Part shown: positions 20,794 to 31,271 of the stretch, one piece after another
Position numbering within the stretch: position 1 is the stretch's first letter
How the letters are laid out: each line of letters starts with the position of its first letter
Assembly (NCBI GenBank): GCA_963805855.1
Contig: CAWDVW010000007.1
Coordinates: forward strand, 32,001 to 96,000
Direction of reading: 5' to 3'
DNA: 64,000 bases
From: Candidatus Dadabacteria bacterium
GTDB lineage: Bacteria; Desulfobacterota_D; UBA1144; Nemesobacterales; CSP1-2
The notes under the pieces: generated by a model
Told to the model about the DNA's origin: nothing
The model's database searches: none
What the model saw: only the letters and a program-made list of their open reading frames with translations
Program-made: the position numbers and the translations under genes

Positions 20794-21360
20794 ATGGGAC
20801 TTGGAGACATGTTGTCAAAGATATTTAATACTGAAGGTGTTAAAGATCCAAAATCTGGGGAACGGGACACTTCCGTACCTCACGATGAAAATATCGGCGA
20901 TAAGAAAGGCGGGCCCTCAGAAGAAATTGATTTAAAAGGCGGACCCGTCGTGAGTAATGAGGGAAACCTGAGTTCCTCGGCAAACGTAAAAAACGAAGGT
21001 GGATCCGTGAGCGAATCCGAAGGGTCCAAGGGGGATTCGACTGATCAAGGTTCAACTCCTGCCGAGGTTACCGAGGAAACTGTCTTAGAGGTGCTGAGTG
21101 GCGTATACGACCCAGAGATTCCCATAGATATTGTAAATTTGGGCCTTATATATGGTGTCGATTTAGAAGATGGAAATGTTCATGTAAAAATGACGATGAC
21201 TGCTCCCGGATGTCCATCTTCTGCAGAAATAGCGGCAGAAGCAAAGATTCTTATCGAAGAGCTACCGGGAGTGAAATCCGCTAGTATTGAGATTGTTTGG
21301 GATCCGCCATGGGACCCCAGCAGGATGAGTGAAGACGCAAGGCAGAGTATGGGTTTTTAG
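20794..21360 (+). CDS. Fe-S cluster assembly protein, SufT/DUF59 family, with an acidic low-complexity N-terminal extension
   Basis: VYDPEIPIDIVNLGLIY, MTMTAPGCP, VWDPPW..RMSE. Confidence 0.85.
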   Translation: MGLGDMLSKIFNTEGVKDPKSGERDTSVPHDENIGDKKGGPSEEIDLKGGPVVSNEGNLSSSANVKNEGGSVSESEGSKGDSTDQGSTPAEVTEETVLEVLSGVYDPEIPIDIVNLGLIYGVDLEDGNVHVKMTMTAPGCPSSAEIAAEAKILIEELPGVKSASIEIVWDPPWDPSRMSEDARQSMGF

Positions 21361-21361
21361 T

Positions 21362-21450
21362 CATGATGCATGATACACGATGCATGATCCATGATGAAAA
21401 ACGGAAGTAGAGACTTTAATTGCGCATCCTGCATCGTGAATCCTGTATCC
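21362..21450. repeat. Heptamer-periodic inverted repeat, copy C
   Basis: GATGCAT GATACAC GATGCAT GATCCAT, spacer, ATCCTGC ATCGTGA ATCCTGT ATCC. Confidence 0.8.
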
Positions 21451-21521
21451 GTGTTGTAAATCATGCGTAAGTTCCTAAACGCAATCTAGCGTTTCTTACT
21501 AATTGGTTGTAATCTCTCAAA

Positions 21522-22259
21522 ATGTCCAATTCCCCGAAAGGAATCTTTGTTACCGGAACAGATACCGGCGTTGGTAAGACTGTGGTGTCAGCGATAATCG
21601 CCTGGACGCTGCAGCAATCCGGTAAAAGGGTTGCGGTGATGAAGTCAGTCCAAACGGGTGCTGGCGAAGATGGACTATTGGATATAGAGTTTATCCAAAA
21701 AGTTATGGGGACTAACTATTCACTGGACGTGGTTTGTCCGTACAGATTTCCACTTCCACTCGCACCTCTGGTTGCCGCGAAATTAGCGGGAGAACGAATT
21801 GACGTTGACAGAATCAAGTCCGCTTATTTTGATCTAAGCTCACTGAACGATATAGTGATTGTGGAGGGAGCCGGCGGTTTACTTGTTCCTATAACAGAGA
21901 GCTATTTCATGTCTGATTTAGCAAATGATTTAGAGCTTGGTCTCATAATCGTAACTAGGCCGGGGCTTGGAACCTTGAACCACACTCTCCTTACCCTTGA
22001 GCATGCGAGATCGCGTGGCCTAAACATATTGGGACTTGTTATCAATAACTTTCCTGATAGTCCTACCCTGGCAGAAAGAAAGAATCCTGAGTTACTACTT
22101 ATACTTACAGGGGAGAAGATTTTAGGTGTAATTCATCATGATCAGGAGATCAGCGTAGAAAGGGGAAATATAGGTAATCTCATCGAGATGTCAGGAACCG
22201 CGTTAACAGACGATCTTGGGGGGACATTCTTAGTAGAGGATTTTATCTCAAGGCTTTGA
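21522..22259 (+). CDS. bioD: Dethiobiotin synthase
   Basis: FVTGTDTGVGKT, VEGAGGLLVP, LGTLNHTLLT. Confidence 0.95.
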   Translation: MSNSPKGIFVTGTDTGVGKTVVSAIIAWTLQQSGKRVAVMKSVQTGAGEDGLLDIEFIQKVMGTNYSLDVVCPYRFPLPLAPLVAAKLAGERIDVDRIKSAYFDLSSLNDIVIVEGAGGLLVPITESYFMSDLANDLELGLIIVTRPGLGTLNHTLLTLEHARSRGLNILGLVINNFPDSPTLAERKNPELLLILTGEKILGVIHHDQEISVERGNIGNLIEMSGTALTDDLGGTFLVEDFISRL

Positions 22260-22542
22260 TTTTTTCTCTATTGGATTACGCAAAAAATAAATAAGCCATA
22301 GGCGATCGTTCAGGCGTCTCAAAATTCATTTGACAGGGATAAGGACGAAAACCGCATACTGCAAAAATGTTATCGCAGTTGTTTTGTGTTTAGATCAATA
22401 TTTTGTTTATAGTTACCACCTTGCAATGATTTCCTCTCGAAAAAACTTGACAGAATATGTCGATATGATATACATACTATCCGTTTGTTTAATTCTAGCT
22501 CTTAACTTTCCATCGAAAACGTTTCAGAATTAAGGCAAACAG

Positions 22543-23109
22543 ATGAAAAAATGGCTCAATTTTACATCCGTTCCTATACTTGCAGTTGTCATGCTGCTAA
22601 TCTTTTGCCATTATTCTGCTGAGAGCAGGGCTCAGGGGCCATCTCAACCTATATTTTTTAGTCATAAAATCCATGCCGGAGATAACGAGATTCCTTGCCA
22701 GTACTGTCATAGCTATGTTGAAATTTCAACTATTCCCGGCATTCCTTCGGATCAAAAGTGCATTGGATGCCACCTTTTTATCATAGGTAAGGATGAGGAT
22801 TATAAGTATGATGGTGGATCGATTAATATTAAGAATGAGATCGAAAAGGTAAAGGGTTACTGGGATCGAAATGAACCGATTCCATGGGTGAAAGTCACAT
22901 TTGTGCCAGACTTTGTTCATTTTAATCATAAGCGCCATATACGCCGTGAAATAGAATGCAAGGTTTGTCATGGTGAGGTTCAAACTATGGATGTACTTTA
23001 TCAGGCGTACAAGTTTAGCATGGGTTTTTGTATAACTTGTCATGTGGAAAAGGCTAAAGACGCTCAGGAATTGACTATGCTTAAGGATTGTTTGACCTGT
23101 CATTATTAA
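22543..23109 (+). CDS. actA: Alternative complex III pentaheme cytochrome c
   Basis: QPIFFSHKIHAG; five CxxCH motifs (CQYCH, CIGCH, CKVCH, CITCH, CLTCH). Confidence 0.9.
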   Translation: MKKWLNFTSVPILAVVMLLIFCHYSAESRAQGPSQPIFFSHKIHAGDNEIPCQYCHSYVEISTIPGIPSDQKCIGCHLFIIGKDEDYKYDGGSINIKNEIEKVKGYWDRNEPIPWVKVTFVPDFVHFNHKRHIRREIECKVCHGEVQTMDVLYQAYKFSMGFCITCHVEKAKDAQELTMLKDCLTCHY

Positions 23110-23121
23110 TTTGGAGGAAAA

Positions 23122-26097
23122 ATGCCGGAGAAGAAAGAGGGAGGCAATAGCGGTATTAAAAGAAGGGATTTTCTAAAGATAATTGGCGTTGCGGGAGGAA
23201 CGGCGGCTGCTACAGGTTGCTCGTCTGACCCCGTCGAACAGTTAATCCCGTTTGTTATTCCCCCATATGGCATAATTCCGGGTGTTCCCAACTGGTATGC
23301 TACAACCTGTAGAGAATGCCCAGCGGGTTGTGGAGCCCTTGTCAAAAATCGTGAAGGGAGAGCGATCAAGGTCGAAGGAAATCCCAAGAGCACTATTAGT
23401 TACGGTAAAACATGTGCAAGAGGTCAAGCTGCTCTTCAAGGGCTTTACGATCCTGACCGTATTCGTTCGCCCCTTTTGAAGAACTCTTCGGGCAAGCTGC
23501 AACCCTTGGGGTGGGAACAAGCTGAAAAGGTTTTGCTGGATAAAATTCAAGAGCTGCTTGATCAGGGCAGGGCTAACAAGATCGTTTTTATGACAAACAA
23601 TATTTCAGGGACTCTTAACGATCTCATAGATGAATGGATGAATGCGCTTGGCGGGGGCAAACATATAGTTTATGAAACCTTTGCCCATGAACCTATTAAA
23701 GAAGCAAATAGGATTACATTCGGGATCGAGAGTATCCCATCCTACCAGATTGAGAGAGCTAATTACCTGCTTTCATTTGGCTCAGACTTCATTGAGACAT
23801 GGCTTTCACCTGTAGAGTTTGCCAATAAGTTTAGTCAGGTGCACAGCTACAAGGATAAAAGCAAGAGTATGGGCAAGTTTGTTCAAGTTGAACCGAGATC
23901 CTCGATAACAGCATCGAGTGCCGATCATTGGGTAGCCATCAAGCCGGGGACTGAGGGATTGCTTGCCCTAGGGATTGCAAATTTGATCTTAGATAGTGGC
24001 AGGGCCTCGATATCGGGTGGAGAAGCCACCAGGCTTAAAAATCTCGTTGGCTCCTATACTCTTGATAAAGTTTCTACAATTTGCGATATACCGAAAGATA
24101 CCATAGTTGAAATTGCAAAGGATTTTGTTGACTTAACTCCCAGCCTTGCGATCGGAGGAGGGGCTGCGTATACAACTACTAATGCAACACAGACCATTTG
24201 CGCAATAAATATACTAAACTATGTTGGGGGTAACATAGGTAATACGGTTAACTTTGGAGATACTCTTACCATCGCTAATGCGAATTCATTCGGCGAGATT
24301 ACATCCCTCGTGGAGTCGATGAAGAACGGAGATGTTGAGCTTCTTTTTGTTTACAATGTTAACCCCGTATTTACCTTGCCCGAAGTTTTGGAGTTCGAAG
24401 AAGCAATAAAGAAAGTTCCCTTTGTCGCGAGTTTTTCGAGCTTTATGGATGAAACAACAGAGCATGCCAATATTATTCTTCCTGACAACACACCGCTCGA
24501 AAGCTGGGGTGACTACGTTCCGAAGAAAAGTGTTTATGGATTGATCCAGCCGACAATGAGTCCCGTTTTTAATACTAAATCCACCGGAGACTCGATTATA
24601 TCTATTACGAAAAAAGTCAACGGACTTGAGACTCATTTCACCGCGAATAACTTCTATGAATACCTGAAAGAGTCGTGGAAGAAGATTCATTCAGGGGTTG
24701 CTCCACCAAAGGATTTCGAAACGTTCTGGGTTGAAGCCTTACAGAATGGAGGGGTTTTTAGGGAGCTTCCTGCATCGCAGGTTACATTGACCGATGAGGC
24801 TTATAGCACGGATTTCTCGGATCTTGAGCAAGAGATAGAAGGCGATGGAGAATTGTATTTTATACCTTTCCCGTCATATAGATATTATGATGGACGGGGG
24901 GCAAATAAGCCTTGGTTACAGGAGCTTCCTGATGCCCTAACGACCGCAGTGTGGGATTCATGGGTTGAAATCCATCCTGATACTGCCGGTAAAATGGGGA
25001 TAAGGGAGGGTGACTTTATCTCAGTTGAATCAGCATACGGTAGGATTGATACTCAAGCCTATATATATAAAGGTATCAGGCCCGATACAATTGCCGTTCC
25101 GCTTGGGTTAGGTCACAAGAGCTACGGCAGATATGCGAAAGGCCGTGGCGTGAGTCCCCTCAAGATCCTGCCCGCTGCTAAAGATAAGGACTCTGGAGGA
25201 TTTGCATGGCTCTCCACAAAGGTCGATGTGTCCAAAACCGGAAAGAGGCAGCAGTTGGTAAGGACGCAATACACTACTACTCAACATGACCGCAATATAG
25301 CATTGGCGGCCACCCTATCCGGGCTTAGGACGAACGGCGGAGAGCATCATCAAGGGCATGATGATGTGGATCTGTATCCACCCCGGAAATATCTAGCCCA
25401 CCGCTGGGGAATGTCAATCGACCTATCGAAGTGTACTGGTTGTGGGGCATGTGTTACCGCCTGTTACGCGGAAAATAATGTGCCTTTTGTTGGCAAGGAA
25501 CAGGTTGCAAGAAGGCGTGAGATGTCCTGGATCAGGATCGAAAGATATTATGAGGAAAAGGATATCAATCAGGGGTTCAATACCAGATTCATACCGATGC
25601 TATGTCAGCAATGCGGCAACGCGCCGTGTGAGCCTGTATGCCCGGTCTATGCTACCTACCATAACCCTGAAGGTTTAAACGCAATGATATACAACCGCTG
25701 TGTAGGTACTCGGTACTGTTCGAATAACTGTACTTATTCTGTCAGGAGGTTTAATTGGTTTACTTACCAGTGGCCACAGCCCCTGAACTGGCAGCTTAAC
25801 CCGGACGTCACTGTTCGCACGAAGGGGGTTATGGAGAAGTGCACTTTTTGTGTCCAGAGAATTAAATACGTAGAAAATATTGCCAAGGATGAGAATAGGG
25901 ATGTCAGGGATGGTGAGATAACCCCGGCATGTGCACAGGCTTGTCCTACTGAAGCCATCGTATTTGGTGATCTGAAAGATGATAACAGCAGGGTATCTCA
26001 ACTCTCAAATGAGGCGAGGGGTTATAAGGTGTTGTCGCATCTAAATACACAACCATCGATAACATATCTAAAAAAGGTTTACTGGGACAAAGCATAA
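23122..26097 (+). CDS. actB: Alternative complex III subunit B (molybdopterin-oxidoreductase-like domain fused to Fe-S domain)
   Basis: TAT motif KRRDFLK, lipobox-like AATGC, NKPWLQELPD, CTGCGACVTAC, CQQC, CVGTRYCSNNC, MEKCTFC. Confidence 0.92.
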   Translation: MPEKKEGGNSGIKRRDFLKIIGVAGGTAAATGCSSDPVEQLIPFVIPPYGIIPGVPNWYATTCRECPAGCGALVKNREGRAIKVEGNPKSTISYGKTCARGQAALQGLYDPDRIRSPLLKNSSGKLQPLGWEQAEKVLLDKIQELLDQGRANKIVFMTNNISGTLNDLIDEWMNALGGGKHIVYETFAHEPIKEANRITFGIESIPSYQIERANYLLSFGSDFIETWLSPVEFANKFSQVHSYKDKSKSMGKFVQVEPRSSITASSADHWVAIKPGTEGLLALGIANLILDSGRASISGGEATRLKNLVGSYTLDKVSTICDIPKDTIVEIAKDFVDLTPSLAIGGGAAYTTTNATQTICAINILNYVGGNIGNTVNFGDTLTIANANSFGEITSLVESMKNGDVELLFVYNVNPVFTLPEVLEFEEAIKKVPFVASFSSFMDETTEHANIILPDNTPLESWGDYVPKKSVYGLIQPTMSPVFNTKSTGDSIISITKKVNGLETHFTANNFYEYLKESWKKIHSGVAPPKDFETFWVEALQNGGVFRELPASQVTLTDEAYSTDFSDLEQEIEGDGELYFIPFPSYRYYDGRGANKPWLQELPDALTTAVWDSWVEIHPDTAGKMGIREGDFISVESAYGRIDTQAYIYKGIRPDTIAVPLGLGHKSYGRYAKGRGVSPLKILPAAKDKDSGGFAWLSTKVDVSKTGKRQQLVRTQYTTTQHDRNIALAATLSGLRTNGGEHHQGHDDVDLYPPRKYLAHRWGMSIDLSKCTGCGACVTACYAENNVPFVGKEQVARRREMSWIRIERYYEEKDINQGFNTRFIPMLCQQCGNAPCEPVCPVYATYHNPEGLNAMIYNRCVGTRYCSNNCTYSVRRFNWFTYQWPQPLNWQLNPDVTVRTKGVMEKCTFCVQRIKYVENIAKDENRDVRDGEITPACAQACPTEAIVFGDLKDDNSRVSQLSNEARGYKVLSHLNTQPSITYLKKVYWDKA

Positions 26098-27431
26098 TGA
26101 GCCGTGAATCAACCTTAACTTATTCAAAGGTAAATGAAGACATAATCAGGATGCTTGATAAGCCCACCTTTAAGTGGGTCGCTTTATTTATTCCCACATT
26201 GGGGTGCGTTGGTTTTGGCCTATTCTGTTTTCTTTACCAGGTTTATAGCGGACTGGGAGTTGCTGGCTACAGACATCCGGTATTTTGGGGAGTCTATATA
26301 ACGAATTTTGTCTTTTGGGTTGGAATCGCACATTCTGGAACCCTTATATCCGCGATCCTCTATTTATTCCGAGCAAGATTCAGGATGTCAATTTATCGAA
26401 TAGCAGAGGCGATGACAGTTTTTGCAGTTCTCACGGCAGGTCTCTTTCCAATAATTCACCTAGGACGTGCCTGGAATTTTTACTGGCTCTTTCCTTATCC
26501 GAATCAGCGGGAACTCTGGATCAATTTTAAGTCTCCATTGATCTGGGATGTCTTTGCTGTCAGCACATATTTGACAGTGAGCGCTATTTTCTTTTTTGTG
26601 GGAATGATACCGGACATAGCGGCAATCAGGGATAGGGTAAGAGAAGTTCCTCGAAAAATTATCTACACTATCTTATCGCTGGGATGGAAGGGTTCCAACT
26701 GGGAGTGGTTACACTACACCAGGGCTTATCTGTTTTTCGCGGCTTTTGCTACGCCCCTCGTTCTTTCGGTTCATAGCGTCGTGTCCTGGGACTTCGCGAT
26801 GGCGGACCTTCCGGGTTGGCATACAACAATCTTTGCCCCATATTTCGTTGCAGGTGCTATTTTTTCAGGTCTTGCACTCGTAATTTCTCTGGCAGTTCCC
26901 ATAAGAAAGCTATTTCATCTAGAGGAGTACATTACCCTAGATAATTTTGAAGGAATGGCAAAACTTATCATTTTTACGTCGATGATTGTTACCTATGCAT
27001 ATGCTGCAGAATTTTTACTGGCCTGGTACAGTGGGAATCCTGCTGAATGGGGACAGTTTAAATACAGGGCAACCGGTGATTATGCGCTTTTCTACTGGAT
27101 TATGGTCTTTTGTAATTCTGCTGTACCAATCCTTCTCTGGTTTAAGGGTATAAGGAGAAATATTAAAGCCCTGTTTGTAATCTCGTTATTCATTAATATT
27201 GGCATGTGGTTTGAAAGGTTCAATATAATAGTGATCTCACTATCGCATGGGTTCGAGCCGGGTGCCTGGGGTATTTATAAGCCTACTTGGGTTGAAATGG
27301 GAATCACCGTCGGCAGCTTTGCCTGGTTTTTCATGTTCTTCCTTATTTTCATAAAAACACTACCTGCTATCTCTATTGCCGAGATGAAAGAAATACTTCC
27401 AGTCCCAAAGAAGGAGGCAGGACCACGATGA
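26097..27431 (+). CDS. actC: Alternative complex III subunit C (NrfD/PsrC family)
   Basis: FWVGIAHSGTLISA, HLGRAW, SVHSVVSWDFA, GWHTTIFAPYF. Confidence 0.93.
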   Translation: MSRESTLTYSKVNEDIIRMLDKPTFKWVALFIPTLGCVGFGLFCFLYQVYSGLGVAGYRHPVFWGVYITNFVFWVGIAHSGTLISAILYLFRARFRMSIYRIAEAMTVFAVLTAGLFPIIHLGRAWNFYWLFPYPNQRELWINFKSPLIWDVFAVSTYLTVSAIFFFVGMIPDIAAIRDRVREVPRKIIYTILSLGWKGSNWEWLHYTRAYLFFAAFATPLVLSVHSVVSWDFAMADLPGWHTTIFAPYFVAGAIFSGLALVISLAVPIRKLFHLEEYITLDNFEGMAKLIIFTSMIVTYAYAAEFLLAWYSGNPAEWGQFKYRATGDYALFYWIMVFCNSAVPILLWFKGIRRNIKALFVISLFINIGMWFERFNIIVISLSHGFEPGAWGIYKPTWVEMGITVGSFAWFFMFFLIFIKTLPAISIAEMKEILPVPKKEAGPR

Positions 27432-27940
27432 AGCCTGATCAGGGTGTGGTTGGAATTTATAGCTATTTGGATACAACTATCGAAACTGTAAAGAACCTTC
27501 GGACAGCAGGTTTTAAGAACTTTCGTGTTTTTTCACCATTCCCTTGTCATGAGTTGGAGGAGGCACTTGACCAACCGGAGAGTATAGTTCGCTTCTTTAC
27601 ATTGGGTGGTGCCTTGCTTGGTGCTATCTGTGGTTTTTCATTTACCATACTCACATCGACGGCTTGGCCGTTAAGTGTAAGCGCAAAACCCATCGTATCT
27701 ATTCCTCCATACATGGTTATTGTTTTCGAACTTACGGTCTTAATTGGGGCTCTTTCAACTTTATTAGGTCTCCTGATAAATTCCCGATTGAGGCGTAACG
27801 TACCAAGGGGTGTTTATGACTCGAGATTCTCGGAGGACAAGTTTGGGGTTGTGGTGGCTTGTTATAAGCATAATATACCGAAAGTCGAAGAGATTATGAA
27901 ATCATCGGGGGCGGAAGAAATTCGACTCGAGGGTATATGA
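27428..27940 (+). CDS. actD: Alternative complex III subunit D (DUF3341)
   Basis: FSPFP, two TM segments, VFELTVL, DSRFSEDKF; operon position. Confidence 0.9.
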   Translation: MKPDQGVVGIYSYLDTTIETVKNLRTAGFKNFRVFSPFPCHELEEALDQPESIVRFFTLGGALLGAICGFSFTILTSTAWPLSVSAKPIVSIPPYMVIVFELTVLIGALSTLLGLLINSRLRRNVPRGVYDSRFSEDKFGVVVACYKHNIPKVEEIMKSSGAEEIRLEGI

Positions 27941-27973
27941 AATAGGTTATAAGTTGTTGGAGGTGATTCTGTT

Positions 27974-28489
27974 TTGTTTGATGGTTTAAAGTTTTATTTT
28001 TTACCAATAATCCTGCTGATCGTTGTTTCCGCAACGGAACCAGTATTTGGTTGGCCATGGTCGACGGATATGATGTATCAACCCTCCATTAAACCCTATG
28101 AAGAGCCACTTCCCTATCCTGACCTGTCAATTACGAGTAAAGGAATAAGGGTGGACCCGCTAGTCCCAAGAGAGGTATTTGAAGAAATGACTGTGAATCC
28201 GGTAAGCCCCGATAAGGCTTCGCTGGAAAAAGGCGGGCTGCTTTTTAAGAACTTCTGCGCACCCTGTCATGGACCGGAGGGGAAGGGCGATGGTCCGGTG
28301 GTGAAAAAGGGGTTTTACCCCGTCAACCTTACAGCGCCACTTACCCAGGGCAGAACGGATGGCTATATATATGCTCAAATTAGGTTTGGCGGCAAGGTGA
28401 TGATGCCAAGTTATCGTGAAAGCGTCAGCGAGCAGGACGCATGGGACGCAGTAAATTATGTGAGAAAACTTCAGGGGAAACTTAAATAG
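27974..28489 (+). CDS. actE: Alternative complex III monoheme cytochrome c
   Basis: DMMYQPS, CAPCH, MMPSY, WDAVNYVR. Confidence 0.88.
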   Translation: MFDGLKFYFLPIILLIVVSATEPVFGWPWSTDMMYQPSIKPYEEPLPYPDLSITSKGIRVDPLVPREVFEEMTVNPVSPDKASLEKGGLLFKNFCAPCHGPEGKGDGPVVKKGFYPVNLTAPLTQGRTDGYIYAQIRFGGKVMMPSYRESVSEQDAWDAVNYVRKLQGKLK

Positions 28490-28511
28490 CGTAGAGGAGA
28501 ATTTCCTATTA

Positions 28512-29765
28512 ATGGATGATTTAGTAAGAGACGATGTTTTATCCAGGAGGCTCCAAACTCCTAAGTCGGTCACATTAATACTGTTGCTGCTGGTGATCAT
28601 AGGAATAGCGGCCTTTATCTCGCGGATATTGGGCCCAAATCCAGACGGTGCGTGGCAGATTTATCTCGTTAATTTCCTGTTTTGGACTGGTCTTGCTCAG
28701 GCCGGAATAATTTTTTCATGTGCACTTCGTATAACAAATGCAAGGTTTGGGAGGCCTCTAATTCGAATTAGCGAGGGTTTTGGTTCATTTATTCCTGTTT
28801 CTTTCATCTTATTGATTATCCTGTTTCTAGGTAAGGATCATATATTTCCTTATGCAACTGAGCATTTTCACCCCCCCAAGGATGTTTGGCTTAATTTCCC
28901 GTTTGTAATATCCCGGAATCTTGGCGGATTCTTTATTCTGATTATCCTAAGCTTATTCTACGTTTACTATTCATTGAGAATGGATCTGGGCGGGTTTGGA
29001 GATAAGCTGCATGGTATAAGTTCATGGGTAGCTTCTGGTTGGAAGGGAGATGGTGAGAGGGATAGGATCTGGCCTAAGATTAAAAAACTGGCCCCAGCAG
29101 TAGTGCTGGTTTATGCAATTGTATTCAGCCTTTTTGCGTGGGACCTTATGATGTCCCTTGATCCTGAGTGGTATAGCACTCTTTTCGGGCCCTTTTATTT
29201 TGTTGGAAACTTTGTAGCCGCTATCGGTGGTACCATAATCATTTCTTCATTTGTGAGAAAGTACGCTGGTCTTCAGACCTACATTACAAGATCTCAGTAT
29301 CATGACATGGGGAAACTTCTATTGGGCTTCTCCCTATTCTGGGTTTATCTGTTCTTTTCTCAATTTCTACCAATTTGGTATGGTAATATGCCAGAAGAAG
29401 CAGGATTTGTTTACGAGCGTGCGCGTGTTGAGCCGTTCACGACTTTCGGATGGGTTGTTCTATCCTGTTGTTTCATATTTCCTTTTATAACCCTGTTTTC
29501 AAAGACAAACAAGATTGTCATACCCATACTTGTTTTTATAGCGTCCGTTTCCCTTATCGGCTTTTGGCTGGTTGAATATATTCTCGTGATTCCATCCTTT
29601 ACAGATCATATAACCTTCGGGTTGATCCAGATTCTAATTACGCTTGGCTTCCTTTCCGGTTTCCTTCTCACATTCCTTTGGTTTGTAAGGTCGTTTCCAA
29701 TAATACCTTATGGGGATCCTTATTTTATTGGAGGGGCTCATTCACATAATGCTGGAGGACATTGA
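28512..29765 (+). CDS. actF: Alternative complex III subunit F
   Basis: DLMMSLDPEWYSTLFG, HDMGK, FSQFLPIWYGNMPEE. Confidence 0.9.
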   Translation: MDDLVRDDVLSRRLQTPKSVTLILLLLVIIGIAAFISRILGPNPDGAWQIYLVNFLFWTGLAQAGIIFSCALRITNARFGRPLIRISEGFGSFIPVSFILLIILFLGKDHIFPYATEHFHPPKDVWLNFPFVISRNLGGFFILIILSLFYVYYSLRMDLGGFGDKLHGISSWVASGWKGDGERDRIWPKIKKLAPAVVLVYAIVFSLFAWDLMMSLDPEWYSTLFGPFYFVGNFVAAIGGTIIISSFVRKYAGLQTYITRSQYHDMGKLLLGFSLFWVYLFFSQFLPIWYGNMPEEAGFVYERARVEPFTTFGWVVLSCCFIFPFITLFSKTNKIVIPILVFIASVSLIGFWLVEYILVIPSFTDHITFGLIQILITLGFLSGFLLTFLWFVRSFPIIPYGDPYFIGGAHSHNAGGH

Positions 29766-29905
29766 TGGAAGAGCATATTGACGTTGTTACTCAATTTGTT
29801 GTGGCGGCACTTTGTATTGGGGTTTTAGGAGCGATTTCAACTATTGCAGCAGTTGCCCTATTCGGCCCCATAATCGCCCCATTGATGAACTATCTCCCCT
29901 GGTAA
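29765..29905 (+). CDS. Uncalled 46-aa membrane peptide coupled to actF
   Basis: TGATG stop/start overlap, GGAGG RBS within the actF 3' end; MEEHIDVVTQFVVAALCIGVLGAISTIAAVALFGPIIAPLMNYLPW. Confidence 0.7.
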   Translation: MEEHIDVVTQFVVAALCIGVLGAISTIAAVALFGPIIAPLMNYLPW

Positions 29906-29961
29906 ACTCGCTCGATCCCCCAACCCTGCATTGATTTAGATTCATGGTGTAATGTACAATG

Positions 29962-29989
29962 GTAGAGACGCAAGATTTTGCGTCTCTAC
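29962..29989. repeat. GTAG-type REP palindrome, copy 1
   Basis: GTAGAGACGCAAGATTTTGCGTCTCTAC. Confidence 0.9.
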
Positions 29990-30019
29990 ATAATCCTCAT
30001 ATATAGAGTAGGTAAATTT

Positions 30020-31045
30020 ATGTTGCGAACAAGACTATGCGATCTGTTAGGTATTGAATATCCAATTCTTGCCGCTCCGATGGGATTTGTGACCGGGCCC
30101 GAGCTTGCTGCGGCGGTGAGCAATGCAGGAGGCTTCGGCATTCTTTCTTTTAGCGGAAATCCACCCATCGCGCTTCGAGAGAGGATACGTCGTCTACGTG
30201 GCTTAACCGATAAGCCTTTCGGTGTAAACCTGCTTCAGCACTATCCGATTGAGGAACATTTAAAAGTCTGCCTTGAAGAGGGAGTGCCCGTATTATCATT
30301 TTTCTGGGGGGATCCATCGCCATACATTCAGATGGCTCATGACGAAGGGATAAAGATTATTAACCAGGTTGGTTCTGTAGGTGAGGCAATTAAATCATCC
30401 AGGTCAGGCGTTGATATTATCATAGCGCAGGGTGTCGAGGCCGGTGGTCACATTGCGGGTGAGGTTGCTACTATATCTCTTGTACCTCGTGTGGTTGATG
30501 CTGTTTCACCGGTTCCGGTAGTCGCTGCGGGCGGGATCGCTGATGCCCGGGGACTCGTCGCCGCGCTGGCACTGGGCGCCGAGGGTGTTATGCTCGGCAC
30601 ACGTTTTTTAGCGACCCCTGAATCTTCAGCACATCCAATTTACAAACAAAAGGTCATTGAGGCCACGGAAGGGGATACCGTAAAAACCACTCTTTTTGGG
30701 TATGGCTGGCCTAACGCGCCACATCGCACGCTAAGGACGCCTTTCGTAGAAAAGTGGATAGCACAGGAATCTCGTGGCAACGAGTCACGACCGGATGAGC
30801 CTGTTATCGGAGAGACTAAAATTGGAGATCAGTCAGTTCCGGTGCTCCGTTTTATGGGCTTTCCCCCGAGCATTGACGCTAGTGGTGATATCGAGTCGAT
30901 GAATCTTCTCGCTGGCCAGAGCGCAGGACTGGTCAATGAAATTAAACCGGCGGCCGTAATCGTTCAGGAATTGGTGGAAGGGGCGGAGAAGATTATAAAG
31001 GGGATGAACAGATTTCTGACCAATATGCAAAGTTATACTTACTGA
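30020..31045 (+). CDS. Nitronate monooxygenase / FabK-like flavoprotein
   Basis: LAAAVSNAGGFG, PFGVNL, QGVEAGGH, AAGGIAD, GTRFLAT, AGQSAG. Confidence 0.9.
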   Translation: MLRTRLCDLLGIEYPILAAPMGFVTGPELAAAVSNAGGFGILSFSGNPPIALRERIRRLRGLTDKPFGVNLLQHYPIEEHLKVCLEEGVPVLSFFWGDPSPYIQMAHDEGIKIINQVGSVGEAIKSSRSGVDIIIAQGVEAGGHIAGEVATISLVPRVVDAVSPVPVVAAGGIADARGLVAALALGAEGVMLGTRFLATPESSAHPIYKQKVIEATEGDTVKTTLFGYGWPNAPHRTLRTPFVEKWIAQESRGNESRPDEPVIGETKIGDQSVPVLRFMGFPPSIDASGDIESMNLLAGQSAGLVNEIKPAAVIVQELVEGAEKIIKGMNRFLTNMQSYTY

Positions 31046-31212
31046 GAATCATTTCTTACATCATTCGATAATAAAATAGGAGACTTCGAAAGTCGTCGTG
31101 TTGCTTATTAATGAATTTTTTTGTGTGACTGAATATCCCTCTAAAGGATTAATTACTTACATAGACCTAATTATATAGCCTAAAATGGTCATTTATGGTG
31201 TAGAATTAGTAT

Positions 31213-31240
31213 GTAGAGACGCAAGATTTTGCGTCTCTAC
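31213..31240. repeat. GTAG-type REP palindrome, copy 2
   Basis: Identical to copy 1; 31 nt upstream of the RAYT start. Confidence 0.9.
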
Positions 31241-31271
31241 GATCAAAAGAATCTAAGGTGTTTTCATTGCA

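Noticed and set aside
22330-22533. 67-aa ORF upstream of actA
   Set aside because: AT-rich promoter-like region with TTGACA boxes; no RBS or recognisable protein features.
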